40,685 nt of DNA. Source: Phoronis australis. Taxonomy: Eukaryota; Animalia; Phoronida. The notes beneath the pieces were generated by a model. That model ran no database searches and had not been told where the DNA came from. It saw only the letters and a list, made by a program, of their open reading frames with translations. Of this stretch, positions 12,201 through 24,200 are shown one piece after another. Location: positions 1-40,685 of the forward strand of contig NMRA01000495.1 in NCBI GenBank assembly GCA_002633005.1. The letters are read 5' to 3'. The translations under genes and the position numbers were made by a program. Within the stretch, counting starts at the first letter, position 1. Every line of letters begins with the position of its first letter.

Positions 12201-15200
12201 CAAGACACATACCCTCAGTATATTCCCGAGCTAACCGTAGAATGAAAAGTGAAGAGAACAATGTAAGTAACAGAAGGCTAGATATGACAACGAGGCTGTA
12301 TTCATTAGAAGCACCAAGCTACTACCACCACTAAGGTATAAGCTAAGAGCTAAGGGAAGCATGCAATGCTATGTCTCCAGCACTGGGGAGTATTCAAAGA
12401 GGCACTAAGTCAGTGCAGCAAAGCCCATGGCCTTTCAGTTTTCCACGCCTGTTTTCAAGTAATTGTTGTATTGAGCGCAATACCGTTAGGTTAAAAATGG
12501 CTCGGAACTTCAATGAAAGATACAATAAGACTGAAGTGGTTTATTAAGGCCAAAATAACACCTATAGGCTCCATAGAATACTAAGAAGTGCTAACTTGCC
12601 TTTATTTCACGGCTTGATTTTTGTGAGGAGCACAAAATTTCAATCACAACATTCGACACCCACCAATGTGTGAAACAAGATTCCCAAGGTAATAGCCATG
12701 ACATTACTTGAGAAAGTTCTCAATATAGCTTAATTGTAGCTTTCTTTGAACTAAATACGTTTATAGTGAAGTTTTGATATGAGAAATAACTCTCAATTGA
12801 CTATGAAAGTAGACTACTAGGGGGATGGCTAATCTATAATGGGTATTCCTCCACCAGAAGCATAGGCAAACTTGGTAAGAAGTTACTAAAATTGATTCAA
12901 ATTTTGAGCTGGGAAGGTCACAGAATATTTTAATTTTGTCAAGTAATTTACTATTAAGTCAGCTGTCCATACAGAAATCTCATCAAAGCAAAACGACTCC
13001 TATGAATATTTTTCATCTTGTTAATTCCTAAAACAAAATTTGGAGAAATATACTAACTTTTAAAAATTCAAACTTATCTTTCCGTTGCTGAATTTGTATT
13101 ACCTAAAATGAAGTCAACCACTGTGACAGTGAAAGGCAGACAATTGTACATTTCATCATGCACCAAACGTATAAAGAATTAAACCTCACCTGTTTGAGTA
13201 GAATGTGATGACTGAGGTGTTGCGTGAGAATCCTTAATCTGCATGATCACCGTGGAGCGACCATCAACACCAGCACCACCTGGCGGCGATCTCTGAGACT
13301 GCACTTTATCAAAATTTTTATTATAGTCATAAGTATTCGGTTGCGAGTACCGACCGGGCTGCATCCCCGGGTAACCGGTCTCAGTACCGGGATATTGTCC
13401 GTTCGGCCCCACCGGACCATTTGGATACTGTCCAGCCCCGGGATACGGTCCGGTCCCGGGGTAGTTGGTGCCTGGGTGGGGGCGTGCCCTCCATGGCCCG
13501 TCTGAGTAGCTACTCAGGCCGCGAGGAGACTCATGCGCCAAAGCTTTTACATCAGCTGTGGCTTCAAGTAGGAAAATCTCAGGCTGGTATGCCTACAAAC
13601 AGCACAGAACATGAACAGTACATTACGAAAATCTCAGGCTGGTATGCCTACAAACAGCACAGAACATGAAGAGTACATTATGGAAATCCACACAAGGTAC
13701 ACGTTTTCAACATAAAACACAAAAACGTGAATTTGAAGAAAAACGGAATGGTGAGTTCTGAAGACAAATATCAGCAGATCTCACCAAACACAAAGGGACT
13801 ATTTTTCCGTGAGATGCTTTATCCACAAATATCTACACAGAATCAATAACTAAACATACCAATTTTTGTATTTAAGAGATATACAAATTATTGCCACTAT
13901 ATACAACTAAGGTTTAAAACAAAAAAAAACAATACTGTAAATCTTCTAATAAAAGCCAGGGACTTTTTTACTTTCACATACTGTAAACATTGGATTAATA
14001 CCCAGGGTGGTTAACTTGACAAACCCAAAAATTCAGGGGTAGGTGGTTAACTAGACATATGTGCGTAAATTGAAAATCCCCTAAAGTTGCGAATGAGAGG
14101 TTAAGCGAACATGGGCATTAACCCGAACGTTTACGATATGTTCCAAACTCAGTTTCTATAAGAGACCAGCATTTACGAATTACTTAAAGTCAAAACTACG
14201 ATGGCAAACAGAAAAAAAACGCTTTTGTCAATCGCTCATTCCCAAGGTTGTGTCTGATTACTGCAGAATCTCTTTCAAAAATTCATATTATCAATTATTG
14301 GAGACTCGGCTTCTATTGGACATCAGCTTCTAATTCGGACACCTGGTGCTTCAGCATACCAAATCCGTATTTGAAAGCCGGGCTCTATTACAAGTTTTAT
14401 GGTATTTCAATTTTATACTTACATGTGGAGGAAGAAAGTGTTTCACTTTTAACGTCAACTCTTGCTGTGCCTTCACCTACAAATAATAGTGAAAAGTACA
14501 GCAGGAGGGCAACATGTAATCGCAATCATAACCTCTGTTCAAAGTAAAAACAAACTGTTACGCAACCACTCAATATCACTGCAAATTTCAAAAGGTGTTA
14601 TTTTCCCTTTTTAGAAAAATTAATGCAGTGCTAACATTCAGGAAAAAACATTCCACTTACTTTTAAAAGTGAAAATGCCCCCTGTTCTATTATGTTGAAA
14701 ACAAACAATCTTTTGAAATAAAATTTCACTGCTCTGTTGTTTAAAAAACATGTACTAGGAAAACTATCAGATAACAACAAGAACAAGTCAACTGAAAAAT
14801 TCATTTAAGAAAGTATCATTTTACCGTCTTAAACCATTAAAAGTTTTCAATAAAAATGACAACAATAATAGGGTTGTCCTCGAACAAGGAAGACTTAGTA
14901 TACTTAGCATGCAACAATCTTCACTTCCTAGAAGAAGGGCTTATCTGTCCAGGTTAATTACACAATGTGATAAGTTACCTTAAGCCTTTGCTAATGCTCA
15001 TTTAGTGTAACAGATGACAGTGTTGTTTGGAAACACAGACCCTCAGACACATGTGGGCAGCTTTGTGGGATTACAACCGTACTCACAAGTTGCGGTCAGG
15101 GTGATTGGTATATGAGAAAAAAGCATTCTCTCTCTTGCTTAGCACATTTGAAAATGTAACCAAACTGATTTCATGTTATCATCATCGGGGGTTCTCCCCC

Positions 15201-18200
15201 CTTGCAGTTACCATTACATTGTAAATAAGTCACGTACAGGGTGTGCATTAAGGTAGGGACCATCTTTGAAAAATGATGACTTTGGCAATCATCCTTTTGA
15301 GAAACAACTGTAGGATTGTCGAGCTCTATCGCAGTTTTTTAAAATTCCTAACAACCTATGTGGGCATCTGAAATCACCCTTTCAATCATGACCATTTGTG
15401 ACAAAATTGGCACCTACCACAGTGCCACGCAATACTGGCCACACTCACCCCAAGAGGCAGTAAAGGTTTTGTAGGACCTCATCAACTAGTTAGTGTATTT
15501 CGCCAAATATCTACACGAAACTATAGATTATAACTCAGTAAAAGTGTATATATTTTCTGACAGAAAGCCTGTAGAATTTTGGTGTTTGACTTTCTAACAA
15601 TCTACCATTGATTGGGTCACATGACCATATTTTTTTAGTAAAATTTAGCACCAAAGAAAGGTACATTGATAGCAAAACAATATCAAATACATGATCAAAT
15701 TTTGCTACATGTTTAAGAAGAAATCTCCAAAACGTTGTTAAAGTATCTAAGTTAGTATTTCATTTTATGCAACTTTTGATTTTCTTAATAGTTCTCTTTT
15801 TGATAGCCCCTCGTGCAAAAGCGGAACATTTCAAAAACAACACTTCGCAGCGTTGTGTACAGCACAGTAACTGAAAGTTTCGTACAAATCCGATTAGCGA
15901 TTTCTGAGATATGATGTTCCAAAGATGGCCAACATTTTTTCGGTTCCTACATGACGTGAACACATCAAAGTTTGAGTAAAAGGTATTACAGTAGAGCTGA
16001 AGCTGATCAAATCGATCACGTCGCTTTTTATAATTGTCAATCCAGGATTATAGGATTACTGAATTTGTATTCACAGCTAAGCTGACCACATGAAAAATCA
16101 TAAACTGCGGAGGCTACCATACCAAGCGTTATGCACTGGGGCTTACTATAGCTGTTCTAGAGCAATACAATGGCAAACAATAGCCTGTTACGACTGTACA
16201 AAGAAATGACCAATAAATGTCCTAAAAGTCACATTCACAATTGAAAATTCCCTCATTAGTTTTTGTCGTTAACAGTATTGTAAAACTCAAATGTAAATAT
16301 TGAACCATAAACGAACACTTTATGCCTATTGTTTCATTATACCCACAATGGACTCTTGACGATTAGGTCGGTACAGTGACCCCCTATGGAGCCGATGGGC
16401 ATAACATGTGTTTCAGGCCATGTGGCGCTACAAAGAAATAAAGTGACAAAGGAAAACTTCGGTAAAAACAAAAATTTGCAACTGTTCGAAAGTCAAAGAT
16501 GGGATGTGAGTGTGAGAAGGCAGAGTGATTGACTCCACAACGAGGGGTGAACAAAGAGTTCAAAACCAAAAAGATGCGAATATTGACAGCAAATTGGAAC
16601 CGTTTTGTATGAAATTGATGCTCTATAATTGTTTTCTGAAGGCCAATAAAAATTCAGGGGTCCACGTAGACGTCCATCATACATAATTAAATGCAAATTT
16701 GAATGCTTTTTAAAAACCATTGATTTAATAAATGCACCTAGAATGGAAAGATCGATATTTCAATACAAGAACCAGAACACTTCGAAGATTCTGTTACCCA
16801 GAATGCCATGCACTTCTACTAATTCAGTTACATTGGCACATTCATGGATGTCTACGATACATTCATTCTCACTGCAAACTTAATAGCTATAAAATCAGTG
16901 ACATTACTAATGCACAGATGGAGATCTAGATGGTTCACTAGAAAAAAATTGTAGTACAGCAATATCTCACCGGCTTTGGGTAAAAACAATTGCCAAAATT
17001 GGTCTTTTTTATTTTTCACAGGTTTCTGATGTTGTTGTGAATGGCCAGTTTCTTGAAATATTGTCCAATGGAAGCTAAGGTATACGGTAAAAATGCTCCA
17101 GATTAGGACACTGAAAAATTAATTATTTTGCCTGAGGTCGGAACTTAACCTCTGTTACATTGGTTGGGTCATACATCAAGAGCAATTAATCTCCCCAGGT
17201 CTGACTGAGTTTAACGCTAAATATGTTTTTGATCTTTTGGGGCATTTTGATGTGGGTTCATGACTTTATGCGGGCAAATCAACATCATACCCAAAAACAG
17301 CAATGTCCAGTTCTAGTGTTTGGAAACTTGATGTATTTGTAGAATTGTGGCCGTGAGACAAACAGTTGACCAATGGACAAAAAGCAACTGACCAGTCTGC
17401 CGACCCCCCCTCAACCGCCAGCTCCACCCTCCCTCTGCTCAGACAGGTGGTCTCGGCAATTGGAACAGTCTGTACACAGATTACCCTGTACAAAAACATG
17501 TTTCACAAGCTGAGACAGTAACCAAGGACTTGTCATACTATCTCTTGTTGCCCAGACAACACCTCTTCAATAGACTCTTATCTCCAGAACACATTTACAT
17601 GGTCAAACACATTACAGAACCCTGTGTAAAGAACTTAGGCTAGCCATGTTTTCTTACGTCCAAAGAGTAAACAGAGAAGTTAACAACAGAGATTCGGACA
17701 AACATCGGACAAACATCGGATAAACGGCACAGTACTACTGGTAATGAAAATTGTAGATTTTGTAAAAGAAGTATCACTTGTATGCCTAGAAAACCAAAAT
17801 TCTTCATGTACTCATGGGTAAAGCTCACTTGAATTGATTAAACAACCAATATAGTGGGCAAGTACTTGCCGATTTCCAAAGTCTGCAACACTGGCTGTTA
17901 ATGAAGGAAACCGTTATCCTTTGTTCAAGCAGGATTTCCAGCAGAGGTTTTGGAAGGACTGATAGTATAGTTGATTTTTCTCAACAAGTTTTTGTTGATG
18001 TCCACTTTCAGATGAATGCTGAATCAATGAAAAGTTCACCTTTAAGCACCTATGTTCTTTTTGTATTCAGCTTAAGACCTGGTTGTGGATATAAAGCTAT
18101 GTATAATGAGAGATTGTGCGATATGGCGATTGTTTCAATTAATACACAACATGCCACTCTAGAATGCCAGTCTATTTTCAAATAATCGTTAACTATAACA

Positions 18201-21200
18201 GAAATTACAGTGCACTCTGAACTAATTCTCAAATTCCTCATATTTCCTGTTCTTGTGCCTTTTGATAAGCTTTCCAAGATCACCCATACTTAGAAACGAC
18301 AAGACAGAAAAATATCAATATTGTAATTCTCCACATATTATGCACAAATATAATTACCAAAATTATCATTTTCCATTGTTCAAAGGCTGATTACCTTGCT
18401 GGAAATATTGGAAACTTTACCAAATGTTGTTTTTGACATCCACACACTGCAAATTATGTTAGAAATAGACCTGTTATTTTCTCAGTATTTATATTTGAGG
18501 AGAAATTTAACGCTTGAAAAAATTACACTCTGGTTGGCCATACTGTGCTAAATAAATGAAGAATTGCCATGGACATTCTTCCTGAATTTGATTTGTGTAT
18601 TGTGGGGCAAGACCTCATACCTCAACCACTACACTTTATCAAACAGTGTGAATTAGGTAGGTACCATAACCCTAATTTTCACACTCAGTTAACATATCAC
18701 CCAGCCAGTTTCTTGAAGACAAATAAGACACTTTCAAGATAAAGGAAGTGTTATCTTCCATGATTGTCTTTGAACAGGTGTGATAATGCTGAATTCAGGA
18801 TAATTTAAAGCCAACTGCGTGACATAAATGACAAATGACTCTTCAAGGTCCAGTTTACACATGCAGAGATGACAGGGACTGAACAATAGAATTAGAGACA
18901 ACTGAACAGTAATATTAATGCCATAACGCTCAAAACCAGTGTTTACCAAAATACTGGAATACTACATCATCTTTGGTAATTTTTCACTCACTTAATTAGC
19001 ACACATTATGACTGACAAGAAAAATTCCATTTTGTCAAATATCCCCACAAAAACTAAGATTAAGAATATTTTTGTCTATTACTAGTTAGTTAGTTTTTAC
19101 TTTGTAGACATCATAAAATAAATTTTGGCAAATTTTTCTTTATATGCTAATCAGCATTAGAAAAATGGAAAAATTACAGTTTTCACGATTACTTTTGTGT
19201 GAAATAAATAGACAATTACTGTATATAAATTACTAAAGCATCAAATGAATTTGCCGCTTTTAACCTGTAAATGTTGAATTTTTAACCTAAGTGCTTTGTG
19301 GTTTAAAAACATAGTCACGCTTTTCCAATCCTTCAGAACTGTTACAAAATGAGCCAGAAAATCAAGACCAACATCAACTACATGTGCCAATCTCAAATTT
19401 TTATTTTAGGGGTTGCCCAACCCCAATAAACTCTATATCCTTTTCTTGGGTTGATGATTTCAATTTTCGATAATCTAGTAGACAATGGAAGTCAAGCCCC
19501 AAATTGGGCATAAGTGGTTTAATTTTACAGAAATTAGCAGTAGCGTGCAATTAAACCTATTAGTCCCACAGCAGCATACAAATGCTCTACAGCTGAGCCA
19601 AATCCCACGTTTAAATAGCAGAGTGTTTTATGCGTATTTAAACAATAAATACCTGTCACCAGCCAAGTTTCCGGCAGACAATGGTGAGAACTGGCAGTTT
19701 GTAATTAAGTCTCAAAATTCTGTTGTTTTGTAGCTCTGGGCAAAGCAAAACTTCAAGAAATCTATACTATCCAACAATAATTCCAAAAATCTCTTTTTCG
19801 GATATAAAACCGATAATGTCCCTTCACTTTATTTTTCATTTTATTTCGCAGCTAAATCCTAAAAAACCTTCAATTTGACAGAGGACAAAACTCGGGTAAG
19901 TCCATCAATAATGCGTAATACATTGCAAGAACACCAATATTCAGTTAAGTTCAGAGTTACAAAATTTTGTACAAACATGACAAGTGTTCACAGTACAAGC
20001 CAAAACTGTCTTATCAAATTGTTTGATAGATGTCAAGTGTAGCACCCTAGCAACAAAACACGCACGCCCAAGTCAGCATACAGGTGGACAGCAGCAAGAG
20101 TAATCTATGGTGAAAATTTCTGACAAACATTTTTCCTCTTTAAAACATTACCAATCGGCCCAGTAACACACGGTAACTACTGTTTTTGGTTTAATTCCCA
20201 TTCCACTTTTTTCACATTCACAGAGTTGACAGGAGACTGTTTTTCAAGCACAAAACAGAAGTCAAACAAAAACAAAAAACAAGCCAAAAATTATCCTAAA
20301 TAGTTCAATTACATTAGAAACTTAAACTGAAGAATAGAGTAAAGTTTTAGCAACTCATCACAAAAGCCATATGAAAGAAAAACCAAGGCGGAAGTAATGC
20401 TGAACTGATTATAAATAGTCAAGAATGGTTGGAGACACTTCAGCACAATCGATCAAACTACGCACAAAATCATTAACAATAAGATTTTAGATCAACAGAT
20501 ATACAAAAACTTTGTTGGCATTTCAATGAGTCAATCAGCTCTCTATACAGGCAACACATACCAACCACCGCAAACATCGGTGTGTTTATCAATACGGTAA
20601 AAAAAGCTTGAAATACCAATGTCTAGCATACGTAGTTGAAATCAACAAATAGCTCGTGTGAGTAAAGAATGTCCATGATTATGTTTGACAACAATTTCGT
20701 AATTGGATGCTGAATAACGTGGAATGTGTTTTTATGCTTATAGTTGAGATGCTACGCAATATATAATGTGATCCTTCTGGTAAAGGACTTAATATTAGTT
20801 TTCCAAAATACCAAAACCATGATACTAGATTTATTTGAGCTGGATTAGCAAGGGATGACCAAAGAATTAGGCATTAAAAGACACATTTGAACTTTTAAAC
20901 AACAGACAATGTGAATTCACGTTTTCTGCCTTTAGCACTTAATGCGAAAAGATTAAAAAATGATTCAACATTGAAAGCTCCATTTCAGGATTTCTTTAAT
21001 CTTGATGACAATCAATGCCCAGCAGCTTAAAATGACATCAGCGGCATCTTAAATTTCTGAGAAATACCCTAACCCTCAGTCAAGGACTGAGGATGTATAG
21101 TTTAAATTAGACATCTGCTCACAAATCTTATGCCTATGGGGAAGTACTAGACTAAANNNNNNNNNNNNGGAGCTACAAATTTGGTATACTCACTCAGAGA

Positions 21201-24200
21201 GTTGACTCGTTAAGAAGGGGCCTGTTTGTAGCGAGCTTCCATAAAGACATCCTTTCATAGGGTTCGTTGCAGGAACACTAATCTCCTGTGGCGATTATCA
21301 GACAGATGAATTTTTAACCAATGGGTTGAAACTCAGCATGACACAGTGTAAGACTTGGTGTCAAGTTGTCAGAAATGAGTGTGGTACATTACTTCAAACC
21401 AAAACGATATTTTAGAAAAATGTAACAGCATTTTTGTGATTCTGCATTTAGTGATGTTGCTGAGGCCATTGTTTAGCTATCCATGTGCCTTTCTTTTTTA
21501 CTAAATTTCACTAAAGACAAGATCACGTGACCCAATTAATAATAAATTGGTTACGACAAAAATCCAACTCTACAGGTTGTCTTCTTTCAGAAAATTTAAA
21601 TTTTTACCGACTGAGTTAAAATGTATAGTCTTGTAGATATTTGGCTAAGTACAGCAGACCTGCCAATAAGGTCCCACATTACCATACAGTCTTTATTGAT
21701 ACTAGGTCTCCTATCAGTTGAAGATGTTATGAGCAAACAGGCGTGTATTCATTCTTAGAAAATAAAAAATAACAGACACGCTGATAAGGCCTGATGCCGT
21801 GGAATAATATGAACAAATGCCACGAATAAGTGATTTTATTACTCTTCGAAAAGACTTCTATCTTCAATTATGGATGTCAAAATGGCTTGAACCACAAATG
21901 TATCATTCAATTCGATTTCACACAATTTCAAAACTTGAAAAACCTCTTGAACGAAGTCTGTATCTGTACCCTATAAAAATACCTCCAATGACCTACAATT
22001 GGATATACAGTTCAGCTAGGTAACACTCTTTATTCTACCGTTTGTTATGAATGTAGCTAGGTATTGGACATCAATAGGTGACAGGTAGTGACCAAGTATA
22101 GGTGTGCTAGGTTATCAGATCATTAATATCCCAATCGCTGGTATTTTGGATAAGATTTCAGGCACAAGACTATACCCCCAAGATACCACGCAAAGTATAC
22201 ATGCCAGGTTTAATCTCAGACTGCTGTAGTAAATCACACTGGTGTTACAGACTCGGGGCTCAGCCAGAGGTAGATGGGTACAAGATGTACTAGTATAAGG
22301 TAATCCTTCCAAAAATGATTGCCTATTTTCAAAGGCTGATGATATTGCACTTTTGTAGAAATTTCAGTACAGAATTACCAAATATTGATTCATGACATCT
22401 ACACAGTGGAAACCAAAACCTTCTATTTTGTTGAGAATTTTGATAAAATAAAATTTTACAAAGTATCCGCCATATAGTGACTGTGTGTTAAATAGGTTAA
22501 GACTTATAGTAAGTAAAATCTAGGATTGACTAAGCAAATCAAGCTGAACTTCGCATAAAATCTTGTAAAATACCATCACTTAGGACACCTTTTGGAGAGC
22601 TATTGAACTTAAATTCTTCAATTTTTAATAAAATGAAGTAGCACGTCCAAAATGAAGATTTGCCATTTTCAATCTCAGCACCCAGTAGCTACCAGCACAC
22701 AAACTGTAGTGGGTAGTCACAACAATGTTAGGAGCTCTCGAAAACGAAGAGCAGACGACATTGTTGTACAAAATTGGTACTGAACTTACAACACAGATCT
22801 CAACCAAACTGAACACTTGACACCATCTTCAAGATAAACTTGATTGTAAGGGGTGTTAAAAGGGTTAGTGCCAATTCCATGTATTTTGAAACCCCACAAA
22901 TATTTCAGGAAAAAATACACGGATTAATTCCACAAACGGGATTACGGTAATCCCCAAAGGATTCATGACTACCGGACAGTTAGGTTGCCCCTATTGGCAG
23001 ACACTGTTACAAAGTCTGTGCTGAGTGAATACAAGGCATACGCCAGCACCAGAGGTTTTGCGATGCAGATTATTATCGGAATTCAAACTGAAAGAAAAAA
23101 ATATGTCGGTCATGAATAATTTTCCCCTATTAATCCAGCGAAATTTGGTGGAACTCAGAATCCCAGTAAAAATCGTGTCCAGTCCCACTGCAAAAAAGGC
23201 TTGTAAAATTTGATTGAAAAATCCACAGTATTATTCCTACCAATTTGTACAAAGGAACGGCACTAGAGTTCAATTATCTGTAGCACTGAGACATTAAAAT
23301 TGACAAGCAACACAATGATAGGTGTCAACATCCCTTTAGGAGACCTCAGAAACAGTGTATACAAAGTAGAATGGAGTGGCTGCAGGCTACCATAAAAGAT
23401 TACATATCCCAACTAATGCAGTTATGCAAGCGCAACTGAGACGATCACTTTTGCTTGGACATCAGCTTTTATGCTTAGCTACAGGGATCAAATTTAGCAT
23501 AAGCTAAATGGCACAATGCCCACTTGTTTTTCCAGTTTTGAACAAGAAATATTAAATGCACGTTCTAAGCTGGTTTTAAACCAATGAAAACCTTTAAACA
23601 TCTTGGATTATCAAACCAAAAACTGCTACCAAGATTAAAAATTTTAAGTTCTAAATCTGAGATGATCAGTAACATGGAACAAGACGATTGGATGCAACTT
23701 CAACGGTTCCAAAAACCAGTGACAAGTTGGCTCTGCTGTGTCATAGGTGATGTGTGGACTTACTATGTATATCTAAAACTCATCCATGTTGACCACTTGA
23801 TCACGCTTACAGTCTATCTGCGAAATTCGTTAATTATACCTTGTAAACATCCATCCTTAGAGGTTGAGCACCAATAAACAATATATATGGATGAGCCTTC
23901 TTTGAAACTACTCATAACCAGTTTCATTCATTTTGGGGGACAAATTTGCCTAACACAGGCATTTACAAAGACACTCGATAGAGTTTCAGAAGCACCTCTC
24001 AATCAGGCCAGTCACTTAACATATGGCTTATTCGATTCTTGCATATGAGTCCATGTATTTACCTGAATCTACCATTTGAGTCAATCCTCACCACACACTA
24101 AAATCTTTCTTTTAATTAAACACCCATGCTTGACTTGCATGCAAACAGCCTAGTTTTTAGTCGTCCACTTTACATTTCAAATATCACTCCCACCTGTACA

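Noticed and set aside
17695-17726. 11-bp tandem repeat (TCGGACAAACA, about 3 copies)
   Set aside because: Ordinary short tandem repeat with no sign of function.
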